Shown here: positions 29,047 through 37,790 of the stretch, piece by piece | Layout: every line of letters starts with the position of its first letter | How positions within the stretch are numbered: the first letter of the stretch is position 1 | Source of the DNA: a virus | Taxonomy: Duplodnaviria; Caudoviricetes | Direction: 5' to 3' (one strand) | Virus record (IMG/VR): IMGVR_UViG_3300031605_001661 | Span: 1 to 64,000 of that record | Length of the DNA stretch: 64,000 bases | Translations under genes and position numbers: made by a program | Notes under the pieces: model-generated | What the model saw: only the letters and a program-made list of their open reading frames with translations | Databases searched by the model: none | What the model was told of the DNA's origin: nothing

Positions 29047-30339
29047 ATGGACATAGAAAAATTATCTAAGATATCTCAAGACAAGGAAGCCTTGTTCTTG
29101 TTCTCCCCTAGCTATCTGGATTTCACCAGCAAGGGGGGTGTTGTTTTTTATGTTATTGGGAAATCTGATTATGTTGAAATCAAAGTTGATAAGAAAAATG
29201 CATTTACGGTTTTTTCCTACCTGAAGCAGTCCATTTTCAAACCGGAAAAACTTGTTTATTGCTGGGGGATAAAGAGCTTTTTTAGTTATGTTTTAGCTAT
29301 TTCTGGCAAGGCATTTAGTACGGAAGCAGTCATTCTCGATTTGAAGGTTTTAGAGTCTTTTTTGGATTGTAAAGGCCAAGTTCCCAAAGGCATGGCAGAA
29401 TGCAAGACAAGAATCCGATTTATGATGGGTAATAAATCGTGGCAAAATCTTCAGGAAGTCTATAAAAAAATACATTTGCCATTAATAAATAAAACACTGC
29501 CTGGGATAGAGACTGTTGGCCTTATCAACAAAGAACTTCGCAGAGAAGTTTTTCCCACCTACCAAATTGAAGGCCAATTGAACGGACGATTACTTTGTTC
29601 GAAAGTTCTAGAAGACAGTTTCAACCCTCACACCTTGAGCAAGGAAGACAAACTCAATCTTTGCTCACGCCAACCTAATGATCTGTTTTTACATTTTGAT
29701 TATCGACATATGGAAGTAAGTGTGCTTCAGTGGTTATCTGGAGATGCGGTGCTTGGTGACATGATTAATTCAGGGGAGGATTTGTATAGTTCTATATTTA
29801 AAAAGATATTTGGAGTTGAATGCGAAACCAGTAAGCAAAGAAAGCTGTGTAAAAGTTTTTTCTTGCCTGTTGTATATGGTTTGTCCAAGAATGCTTTGTC
29901 AAAGAAACTGGGCGTTTCGATAAGCATGGCCGACCACATTTACAATGGTATTTGCCGCCATTTCAAAACTGCAATATCTTGGGTAGAACAACGCCAAACC
30001 TGTATAGCGGATGTCTCAATAGATTATTTTGGTCGGAACCGAATTTTTAAAGAGAAAAAATATCGTGCTAGAAACTTTGCCATCCAAGCGCCTGCATCTT
30101 TAGTTTGCCTTGATAAACTTATAAAGCTTTATGATTTGTTAGAATCGTCCGATGCGGAAGTTGTCTTTCATGTACATGATGCTTTTGTTATATTGGCACG
30201 ACCATTAGGCGTCACCAGTCTGTGTAAGGATATTAAAATTCTTTTAGAGGAGAATTGTGAAATGTATGATGGATTAAAATTGACGACTGAATGTCGAGTT
30301 GGCAATCGACTTGTAGAGTTAAATAATTTAAAAATTTAG
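29047..30339 (+). CDS. Compact family-A DNA polymerase
   Basis: NGRL (TGRL-like), motif A FDYRHMEVSVL, DLY, motif B RKLCKSFFLPVVYG, FGRNR, NFAIQAPAS, motif C HVHDAF. Confidence 0.85.
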   Translation: MDIEKLSKISQDKEALFLFSPSYLDFTSKGGVVFYVIGKSDYVEIKVDKKNAFTVFSYLKQSIFKPEKLVYCWGIKSFFSYVLAISGKAFSTEAVILDLKVLESFLDCKGQVPKGMAECKTRIRFMMGNKSWQNLQEVYKKIHLPLINKTLPGIETVGLINKELRREVFPTYQIEGQLNGRLLCSKVLEDSFNPHTLSKEDKLNLCSRQPNDLFLHFDYRHMEVSVLQWLSGDAVLGDMINSGEDLYSSIFKKIFGVECETSKQRKLCKSFFLPVVYGLSKNALSKKLGVSISMADHIYNGICRHFKTAISWVEQRQTCIADVSIDYFGRNRIFKEKKYRARNFAIQAPASLVCLDKLIKLYDLLESSDAEVVFHVHDAFVILARPLGVTSLCKDIKILLEENCEMYDGLKLTTECRVGNRLVELNNLKI

Positions 30340-30350
30340 AGAGGAGACAT

Positions 30351-30917
30351 ATGAAGTCCATATTTGAAAGTTTTCCTGTTACGGAGACCGAATATAGTGA
30401 ATTAGATGAGAAATTTGGAAACTTGGCGCATTATGCGGCATGGCAGCTTGTAAAAAAAAACCTAAATAACAACTACACGGATGATGTTGATGATATTTCT
30501 CAAGAGTTAAGATTGTCTATGGTACGAGCCGGATCATATTACAAGAGACAAGTTTATATTGAATCTTGTTTAAGGTGCGCAAAAGATTATGTTAAAGACG
30601 GGTTTGTTTCTACCGTTGTTGAGGAATTACAGTATTTGTGGGATAATCGTACTCGCCACGGCGCAAACCGTCAAAAGTTTGGCCCTTTCCAAGAAATATT
30701 GTTAGACAAAATTGTTAAAGAGGTTGTCCCACTTAATGTAAGGCCTTCTAAAACACAGAAACTTAAGATCGATACTAAGTTTTCAACTTATTGCAAAGCA
30801 ATTGCTTGGAATACTCAAAAGTCAATGGGCAAGAAAATAACTAAAGAAAAGGCAATTAGATCGGGGCAGGTGAGTTTATCTGAGTTCAGTTATTTGGGTG
30901 CCGGGGAGACACTTTAG
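30351..30917 (+). CDS. Putative sigma-factor region-2-like protein
   Basis: DDVDDISQELRLSM and KFSTYCKAIAWN resemble ECF sigma region 2 (DAEDLVQE; F.TY...I..N); GAGGAG RBS. Confidence 0.4.
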   Translation: MKSIFESFPVTETEYSELDEKFGNLAHYAAWQLVKKNLNNNYTDDVDDISQELRLSMVRAGSYYKRQVYIESCLRCAKDYVKDGFVSTVVEELQYLWDNRTRHGANRQKFGPFQEILLDKIVKEVVPLNVRPSKTQKLKIDTKFSTYCKAIAWNTQKSMGKKITKEKAIRSGQVSLSEFSYLGAGETL

Positions 30918-32453
30918 ATGAAATTAAGCGATAGTGACCAAGCTGTGCTTGAATCTTTGATTGACCCTGATGGTCCGGGGGAAGCGAAGTATCGATGGGA
31001 TGATGATTATCAAAAAAACATTCTTGGAATGCTTTTGGTTGATCGTTACTTTTTAGTACAGAGTGTAGATTTAGTTGATCCATCTTATTTCGTCAATGAT
31101 GCGCATTCAGTTGTTGCCAAGATTTTATTTTCATATTTTAAAAAATACAAATCGCCGCCTTCTAAATCTGTTTTGATTCAGGAAATAAAAGACAAAGTTT
31201 CAGACCGAAACGAAGATGTTGAACTTCGTTATCTGGGGGAATTAGATGCTCTTTATGAATATTATGTTCCTGGTTTAGACGCTAAAGAGTATTTGCTTGA
31301 TAAGATTGTTAACTTTGCAAAGATGCAAGGTCTTCGCAAAGCCTTTAATGAATCCATTCAGGAGATTAAAAGAAACCCAGAGAAAGAGGAAACATGGACC
31401 AAGGTGTATGGAATACTTCGTGATTCCATGAACATTGATCGTGATTTCAATATTGGTTTAGAGTATTTTGAAGACCCTGTTTCTCGTTATGAAAAAATGG
31501 GTGAGGAGCAAAAGTCTGTAGAAAGATTTACTTCTGGATTCCCTTCTATTGATAACGAGATTACAGGCGGGGGAATTTGTCGTGGTGAACTTGGATCTTG
31601 GATGGGAATTTCAGGATCTGGTAAATCTTTAGCTCTTGTGGCTGGTGCTGTAGAAAACATCAACAAGGGCAAAAAGGTGCTTTATGTGTCTCTAGAAATG
31701 GATGAGGATCGGATTGCCCAGAGATTTGATGCCCAATTTACTGGGCAACCTATTCAAGATCTTTATGAAAATCGGGATATTGTTATAGCGAGCCTAGAGA
31801 GCCATTTGAAAGATTTTGAGTGGTATGATGAGTCGGCCAACAACAATCTTTTAGTTATTAAGCAATTTCCTGCTGGTGGTGCTGATGTTAATACGTTGCG
31901 AGCCTATTTTTCTCAATGTGTTATGAATGGATTTCGACCTGATATGATTATTGTCGATTATGTTGGCGAAATGAAAGACGTAGCTGGGTTGCCTACTCAT
32001 GAATCTAGGTATCGGCTTGTTCGTGATTTAAGAGGATTTGCGACCGAAGAGAGTATTTGTATTTTAACAGCAATGCAACCGGGTAGGGCGGCAAGGGAAG
32101 CGCAGCAAAATGGCGGGTTTATCGATGATGATATGATTGCCGACTCTCAAGCACAAGTTCGCCCTCTTGATTGCCTTTGGTCTTTGAATCAAAGTCATCA
32201 AGAAAAGAAACAGGGTGTTGGTCGTGTGTTTGTCGTTAAGCATCGTAATGGGAAAAGTAGATATCATTTTTATGTCGAGTATGACCCGCAGACATTAAAG
32301 ATGAGTGAGATTGATAGTTCTGTATATCATGCTAAGATGAATGAATACAAAGAAGAAAACATGGACGACGTTAAACTTGACAAAACTCTTGCTGCCACCT
32401 TTAATGACGATGGCAGCGTTTCAAATGACGCCCTGAATGGGCTTCCAGATTAA
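30918..32453 (+). CDS. Replicative DnaB / T4 gp41-like helicase
   Basis: SGF..ID, GISGSGKS, YVSLEM, IKQFP, IVDY, TAMQ, KHRNGK. Confidence 0.92.
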   Translation: MKLSDSDQAVLESLIDPDGPGEAKYRWDDDYQKNILGMLLVDRYFLVQSVDLVDPSYFVNDAHSVVAKILFSYFKKYKSPPSKSVLIQEIKDKVSDRNEDVELRYLGELDALYEYYVPGLDAKEYLLDKIVNFAKMQGLRKAFNESIQEIKRNPEKEETWTKVYGILRDSMNIDRDFNIGLEYFEDPVSRYEKMGEEQKSVERFTSGFPSIDNEITGGGICRGELGSWMGISGSGKSLALVAGAVENINKGKKVLYVSLEMDEDRIAQRFDAQFTGQPIQDLYENRDIVIASLESHLKDFEWYDESANNNLLVIKQFPAGGADVNTLRAYFSQCVMNGFRPDMIIVDYVGEMKDVAGLPTHESRYRLVRDLRGFATEESICILTAMQPGRAAREAQQNGGFIDDDMIADSQAQVRPLDCLWSLNQSHQEKKQGVGRVFVVKHRNGKSRYHFYVEYDPQTLKMSEIDSSVYHAKMNEYKEENMDDVKLDKTLAATFNDDGSVSNDALNGLPD

Positions 32454-32463
32454 GGATGTTATA

Positions 32464-32967
32464 ATGGCCGAATCAAACTATAAAAAACAAGTGATTAAAT
32501 TGGGTTCAATGGAAGTTATTATTGATCCTGAAAATATGAAATTTAATGAATCAAATTTAAGCATATACCTAGAACGTGAAGGTTCGTGGTATGACTATTT
32601 TGGGCAACGACTTGCTGATGCCGAAGCGTTTTTGGCAAGGCATGATTTAGAGTATGATGTTAAATATGCTGAAAAATTCAAACATTACAAAGAACAGGGT
32701 TCAAGCGATAAATTAGCTGAGGCTTATTCAAAAAGCGAACCTGAAGTAGAAGAAGCTAAAAAAAGATCAATTGCTTCTAAACATAAAGTAAGATTGCTTC
32801 AACAGCATTTAAGGGCGTGGGATAAAAACCATGATAATGCTCAAAGTCGAGGGCATATGATTCGCAAGGAAATGGACAAGCTTAATATCGACATTTATAA
32901 AAGCAAACAGCTTGATGAAGATATTGATAGCAAAGTGAGTGCGATAATTAAGGAAGCAGACGTTTAA
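32464..32967 (+). CDS. UvsY-like recombination mediator
   Basis: Helical protein with Y..YK...SDKLAEAY..S.P pattern, directly after the helicase; AGGA RBS before ATG 32464. Confidence 0.6.
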   Translation: MAESNYKKQVIKLGSMEVIIDPENMKFNESNLSIYLEREGSWYDYFGQRLADAEAFLARHDLEYDVKYAEKFKHYKEQGSSDKLAEAYSKSEPEVEEAKKRSIASKHKVRLLQQHLRAWDKNHDNAQSRGHMIRKEMDKLNIDIYKSKQLDEDIDSKVSAIIKEADV

Positions 32968-33001
32968 TCCGATTTGGAAGGAAACAAAAAGGGCAAAGTC
33001 A

Positions 33002-33319
33002 ATGAATGACGTAGATTTCGGTTTGTTTGTTAAGAAAGCTGATCTTGAGCTTTATCAAATCCCAAGACCAGGGAATTACTCTGGAAGAGGCAGAAGGCAT
33101 TCTAATTTAGAAAGGTATATTACAGATAGGGTTGAAGTGTTAAGAGAACTCTATGAGAAGCATGAACCTGAACTTAAGAGGATTTTGACATATAAACACC
33201 CAAGTGATGGGAGATGTAATAATTATGGCTTGTTCCCAGTGAATGAGGATGAAATCAATTCCCCCTTTGATTTGCCCAATCTGGAAGAATATATGCCAAA
33301 TAAAGAAGATTATGTTTGA
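33002..33319 (+). CDS. Hypothetical protein
   Basis: 105-aa ORF filling a gap. Confidence 0.5.
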   Translation: MNDVDFGLFVKKADLELYQIPRPGNYSGRGRRHSNLERYITDRVEVLRELYEKHEPELKRILTYKHPSDGRCNNYGLFPVNEDEINSPFDLPNLEEYMPNKEDYV

Positions 33320-33331
33320 GTTTGTAACAAC

Positions 33332-33529
33332 TCACTGGTCGTCTGGGGCACATTTATAGTCTCGTTCAATATAGTTTCGTTCAATTGTTTGAAGCCATTG
33401 GAGTTGTATGAACTCTATAAACAATGATTCATCCATTTCAAACTCGACCTCACCGTTTTCATCTATAGTGACTGATATATTTTCGTTTTCAGATGCTAGT
33501 TTTTGTAACGCCAGTATAAAGTCGGACAT
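33332..33529 (-). CDS. Small acidic hypothetical protein
   Basis: AGGAGAG RBS upstream on the minus strand. Confidence 0.6.
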   Translation of the reverse strand: MSDFILALQKLASENENISVTIDENGEVEFEMDESLFIEFIQLQWLQTIERNYIERDYKCAPDDQ

Positions 33530-33541
33530 TATTCTCTCCTT

Positions 33542-34102
33542 TTATAGATCAGAGTCAGGAGAAATTTGTCCGCTGGGTAATGGTTTTACGATATTGCTTG
33601 GGCGGTTCATTCCTGAACGTGCTTGTGCGGCATTTGCTTGTCCGCTTTTTGACAATTCAACTGTAGTATGCCAAAGTCCGTCATCTCCTTTTTTTGTGCC
33701 CTGTTCAGCGCCAGGAGGTATCTGATCTGTGTTTAGATGTTTAGCAAGCATGTCAAAAGCTTTGGCTTGACTGTATTTCATGTTTTTATGGGAGAAGCGG
33801 ACTGTGATAGTGTTCCCTTTAACCGTGACTCCATCTTCAGCTTGTTGTTCTTGAGATTGAGATTGAGTTTGTGGTTGTTTTGATGGGGCATCTGAATCGC
33901 CTTGTGGCATTACTCCAAGTGCTGCGGCTCCTAAGACTCCTGCTAAAGCGGCTCCTTTGCCCCACTTTTTAGCTTTTTCCCACGCACCAGCTTCTAGTAG
34001 TGATTCTAGATCTAGCGTTTGTGGATCGTAACCTTGAGATTCCAACCATTGGGAAAATTCTTTAATTTCTTGTTCTTTATGATATTCTAAAAATGTTTTC
34101 AT
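33542..34102 (-). CDS. Putative head-internal protein with leader (MKTFLEY...IKE) and hydrophobic helix
   Basis: Leader nearly identical to T4 MKT(F/Y)xE(F); GAALAGVLGAAALGV segment; Gln-rich linker. Confidence 0.65.
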   Translation of the reverse strand: MKTFLEYHKEQEIKEFSQWLESQGYDPQTLDLESLLEAGAWEKAKKWGKGAALAGVLGAAALGVMPQGDSDAPSKQPQTQSQSQEQQAEDGVTVKGNTITVRFSHKNMKYSQAKAFDMLAKHLNTDQIPPGAEQGTKKGDDGLWHTTVELSKSGQANAAQARSGMNRPSNIVKPLPSGQISPDSDL

Positions 34103-34383
34103 GATTTTCCCGTTATTTCTTTATTCCTTTTCTTGACCTTGAGCTTTCTTTTTTTTTGTAAATCTATTGTAGTTGGCTCAGGATAAAATTGTTGAACATC
34201 TGGTGTCAGAGGTGTTGGGAAAGGGATGCCTGCGTTATGTGCTTGTCTTCGAGCCGCTTCTTCTGGTGGCATATAACTTCCGCTGCCCGTGTTTATAAGG
34301 GCTTGGTCATAGTGTGCACCACCTCCGGTGTCGCCTATGTTTGATCCGGCTTCTAGGTATTGTTTGAAATTTAGTAATTCCAC
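34099..34383 (-). CDS. Small protein with targeting leader (MELLNFKQYLE) and basic tail
   Basis: Overlapping chain of minus-strand ORFs. Confidence 0.55.
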   Translation of the reverse strand: MELLNFKQYLEAGSNIGDTGGGAHYDQALINTGSGSYMPPEEAARRQAHNAGIPFPTPLTPDVQQFYPEPTTIDLQKKRKLKVKKRNKEITGKS

Positions 34384-34817
34384 TTTTGCCCTCGTTCAGA
34401 TTTTCTTTGTGACCGCTGTTTTTTCTTTCCAATTCTTTTTTCAACTGAGCTAGTGGTTGGGGCGGTTGTTCGTCTTTCTACTGGTTCTTTTAATGCTTCT
34501 TCAATTGCCCTTTTTAGTTTATTGATGCATGCTTCTTTATTTTGTCCTTGGCTTCTTTGTTCTTGGCAATCGGCACGGAAGTGTCCTTTATTGCTTGTTT
34601 TGTTGGCTGATAAAAATCGGCTTAGTGCTTCTTGGTTATCCGCCCAGATAACGCTACTTTTGACGTGCCAAGATAGAACCGCTTTTGAGGCCGTCTTATT
34701 TACTTTTTGCCCACCGGGTCCACTGCTTCGCACGAATGAAAAGTTTAATTCGCCCTCAGGCAAATTTATATCTTCAAGTGCGTTTTCGCTAATTAACAGA
34801 TATTCTTTGAAGTCCAT
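34371..34817 (-). CDS. arfB: Alternative ribosome-rescue factor ArfB/YaeJ (peptidyl-tRNA hydrolase) with targeting leader
   Basis: FVRSSGPGGQKVNK...QEQRSQ.QNK..C..KL and basic tail R..T.PT.SS.EKR...KK.RS.RK..R; N-terminus MDFKEYLLISE. Confidence 0.92.
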   Translation of the reverse strand: MDFKEYLLISENALEDINLPEGELNFSFVRSSGPGGQKVNKTASKAVLSWHVKSSVIWADNQEALSRFLSANKTSNKGHFRADCQEQRSQGQNKEACINKLKRAIEEALKEPVERRTTAPTTSSVEKRIGKKKQRSQRKSERGQKWNY

Positions 34818-35376
34818 CTTCTTGTCCTTTTAGTTCAGGATGTTTGTCCTGAATTCTTTTTATATTTTGTTTGGCCCAGTTCATGAATTCTCTTTCGGCT
34901 CTTTGGGGGCCTACTTCGCTGGTCTGACCAGTTTCTTCTCGTTCCATTTCATGTGTGCATTCGTGAACTATGGTTGATGCTATTTGCAGAACAGCATCTA
35001 AATCGGTTTTTGACTCTTTAACTATTCGGCTTATGTTGACGTGAATAGTGTCGCTTTCTTTAATTTGTTTTTCATCTATCTCAGGGAACTGTTGTTTGAT
35101 AACAGACTTAGGAAGTAAGTCGATGGTCTTTGGATCTATATGTTTTTGATCAAAAATAAATTTAGCATTTGTAGGGAGAACTTTTTTATTTTCACCTGAG
35201 TTGTAAAGGCCATAAGCTCCGCTGGCTAAATTTGCAATTGTAGATACATTATTTAATAATTCTGGTTTATATTCACGTACCAATTCTACAGATATATGGG
35301 CTTTATCGTATAATCGATCTATTTCAGCCTCATCTACTTCTGTATCTTGTTTGCCAAACCAGTTTTTAAATTCCAT
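34789..35376 (-). CDS. Putative HExxH zinc metallopeptidase-like protein with leader (MEFKNWF)
   Basis: IHVNI...ASTIVHECTHE.E...SE..P..AE. Confidence 0.6.
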   Translation of the reverse strand: MEFKNWFGKQDTEVDEAEIDRLYDKAHISVELVREYKPELLNNVSTIANLASGAYGLYNSGENKKVLPTNAKFIFDQKHIDPKTIDLLPKSVIKQQFPEIDEKQIKESDTIHVNISRIVKESKTDLDAVLQIASTIVHECTHEMEREETGQTSEVGPQRAEREFMNWAKQNIKRIQDKHPELKGQEDGLQRISVN

Positions 35377-35429
35377 GATAATCCTTAATTTACATTTAAA
35401 TTATTTATGGTTGTCATTACAATATATAG

Positions 35430-35700
35430 TGTAGATTTAGGTCGCATTACGTGCCTAAGTAATATCTCGTGCCGTGCGGCGGATCTTTTTTAGAGAATTG
35501 GTGATGCTTGATGAACAAGGATTCCCTGAGCCAACTCTCAAGAATGGCATATTAGAGTTGAAATGGACATATAAACCTGTTAAGGTTGTCCTGAAATTAA
35601 GAAACATCTATTAAACGATTGATTGGTTAACCTCAATAATCGTTTATTGGGTTTATAATAGAGGCTGTGTTGGAGAAATCCGGCGCAGCCTCACTTTTAT
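35430..35700 (+). ncRNA. Candidate structured RNA or leader (also holds a 36-codon ORF, 35504..35614)
   Basis: Consecutive stems: 35437-41/35454-58, 35532-38/35554-60, 35565-69/35587-91, 35613-20/35638-45, and a 14-bp stem 35661-74/35679-92 with a GAAA loop and three G-U pairs. Confidence 0.45.
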
Positions 35701-35706
35701 AATGGT

Positions 35707-36336
35707 ATGGACAAAGTGGATTTAAATAAGTTAGAAGAGAATGTCAATTCTGATCTCAAGAAACAGTTGATTAGTTCTAGAGTGTTGATGAATAGTTTTC
35801 GATTTATCGATGAGTCCTCTAGAAAAACCCCAGCGTATAGCGATCCTTTATTTGTTCCGTTTTATTATTATTTAGGGAAATATATTAAGCCAAAGACAGT
35901 CGTAGAGATGGGGTTTAGGTTAGGGTTGTTTAGTGGGTCATTTTTTAAATCTTGTTCTACCGTTGATTATTTTTTTGCTTTTCAAAATAAACCTGAGACA
36001 TTTTATTCGCCTCGTTTGGCTAGAGCTAATGTAAAACAGAGTTATAAGGGTTTGATTGATTTTTATGTAGGAACAGTGTTGGACAATGTTTTTGTTGATA
36101 AACTTTCTTGTAAAAGTTGGGATTTAGTTATAATCAATGAGGAAGAAAACTATGATACTCACAGAACTTATCTTGATTATATTTGGCCAAACATTTCTCA
36201 TGAGGGTTTAGTAGTTGTGGATTATGTAAACTCGCATAAGCCAGCAAGAGACGCTTTGGTGGATTTTTGCAAAGGCAATAATAGAGATCCTATTTTTTTT
36301 AAAACACGCTATGGTGTTGGGATGGTTAAGAAGTAA
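35707..36336 (+). CDS. Class I SAM-dependent methyltransferase-like (Methyltransf_24-like) protein
   Basis: KPKTVVEMGFRLG, WDLVII, GLVVVD, YGVGM. Confidence 0.6.
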   Translation: MDKVDLNKLEENVNSDLKKQLISSRVLMNSFRFIDESSRKTPAYSDPLFVPFYYYLGKYIKPKTVVEMGFRLGLFSGSFFKSCSTVDYFFAFQNKPETFYSPRLARANVKQSYKGLIDFYVGTVLDNVFVDKLSCKSWDLVIINEEENYDTHRTYLDYIWPNISHEGLVVVDYVNSHKPARDALVDFCKGNNRDPIFFKTRYGVGMVKK

Positions 36337-36339
36337 ATT

Positions 36340-37062
36340 ATGGGTTACGAAGTAAAATATCATTATCACGATAAAACTGAGTCAGGCTATGACACTGATG
36401 ATGTCAAGATTTTTACAAAACGAGTTGGAAAATCTTTTGAGGATACATCTTTGGGTGCTGTTGCCTCGGCCATTATAAGACAACTGGCCAGAAGGGATAT
36501 TTGGGTCGTTAATGTTGAAATTGTAGAATTTGTTAAAAAGGAAATTAGTTTTAGAGAGTCTAAAGGCGGCATTGTCATAAAGAATAAAAAATTTAATTTT
36601 GATTCTATTTCTCAATCCATTGTTGAAGATGAGGATGTTGAGGATGTTGACGATGTTGAGGATGTTGACGATGTTGACGAAGGCACAGTTGATACACCGG
36701 CAGTTCCTTTGCCGGTAAAGCCCCCAGTAGTAGAGAGTTTGGGCCGTCCATTGAGGAAGGAGTCTTTTAATCCTGAAATTCCTGGTTTAGCACAGGAGTG
36801 TCAGCGACGTGGTTATGCCTTTACTCTTGGGAAACTTTATGATATTTATAAAGAAACCCCAGATTTTAGAGGCTTAATGCACGGAATGGTTTATACGGTA
36901 TTAGATGATAATGGGAAGAAGAGAGAGATGAATGACAAGCATTTCGCATCTGATGCGGTCTTAAAAGGTTTTGAAAATCCTGCCACACCAAGGTCTGCTG
37001 GTGGCACGGGGCTTAATTGGCAGGGCACAGTTTCTTCAGATATGCCTGATTTAAGGGGTTAA
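36340..37062 (+). CDS. Hypothetical protein with acidic DV(E/D) linker
   Basis: 240-aa ORF. Confidence 0.65.
   Translation: MGYEVKYHYHDKTESGYDTDDVKIFTKRVGKSFEDTSLGAVASAIIRQLARRDIWVVNVEIVEFVKKEISFRESKGGIVIKNKKFNFDSISQSIVEDEDVEDVDDVEDVDDVDEGTVDTPAVPLPVKPPVVESLGRPLRKESFNPEIPGLAQECQRRGYAFTLGKLYDIYKETPDFRGLMHGMVYTVLDDNGKKREMNDKHFASDAVLKGFENPATPRSAGGTGLNWQGTVSSDMPDLRG
36634..36678 (+). repeat. 9-bp in-frame tandem repeat GATGTTGA(G/C) x5
   Basis: Directly visible; encodes DVEDVDDVEDVDDVD. Confidence 0.9.
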
Positions 37063-37066
37063 CTTA

Positions 37067-37690
37067 ATGGTAAAAAAACAGAAAAATAAAAAGCAAATTG
37101 CAAAAGATATAAAAAGAAAAGAAAAAGCAAAAAAACGTGTTCTTTCACGTCGGAAGGTAATTCGGGCAGACGCTAAAGAGAAAAAAGAAATCGAGTACAT
37201 TGAATGGAAATATCGTGAAAGGCAAACTCCTTTAAGGAAAGCACACGTAGAGTCGGAGAATGTTTTGGAAGGTTCAAATGGAGTAGATAAAATGGTAGAA
37301 AATGCAAATTCTTCGGCGGAGACTGCTGAAGAAAGAGATGAAAAAATCGTAGATAAATTAAAACATAATTTAGAAGTCCTCAATGCTCTTCAAGATCAGT
37401 ATTTTGCTGAAGAATCTGGTCGTGAAGAACTTAATCAGGAATTTTTAGATGCGGGGGTGGTAACTGCGGCTGAAAAGATGGAGTATCTTAAGGAGAAATG
37501 TAAAAAAGAATATGACGAGAAATCTTTAACAGATCCAACTAATTATCCTCCAATGCTGAGTGACAATATAAAGCCGGTAAAGGCAAAGATGGAAGCGGGT
37601 GCGGATGGTATCGGCAGAGTTGTGGATGTTACATATGAAAAGATTGATAACGAAAAGTCTACAAAAAAAGAACTTAAAGGAGGTGACTAA
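37067..37690 (+). CDS. Hypothetical protein, basic N-terminus and coiled coil
   Basis: 207-aa ORF with AGGGG RBS. Confidence 0.6.
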   Translation: MVKKQKNKKQIAKDIKRKEKAKKRVLSRRKVIRADAKEKKEIEYIEWKYRERQTPLRKAHVESENVLEGSNGVDKMVENANSSAETAEERDEKIVDKLKHNLEVLNALQDQYFAEESGREELNQEFLDAGVVTAAEKMEYLKEKCKKEYDEKSLTDPTNYPPMLSDNIKPVKAKMEAGADGIGRVVDVTYEKIDNEKSTKKELKGGD

Positions 37691-37702
37691 AAACCTAGTT
37701 CT

Positions 37703-37731
37703 TTGAACTTGACTTGAAAGAAAACTATAAT
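37703..37731 (+). promoter_or_regulatory. Sigma70-like promoter upstream of SSB
   Basis: TTGAAC-17 nt-TATAAT. Confidence 0.55.
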
Positions 37732-37790
37732 TAAACTGAATGACAAGAACGAAAACAATTTCTTAACTTTTTAAAAACGAGGTAACAAAC

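Noticed and set aside
35655-35700. SRP (4.5S) RNA or tRNA
   Set aside because: The hairpin is fully paired and lacks the SRP internal-loop consensus; no cloverleaf or T-loop motif.
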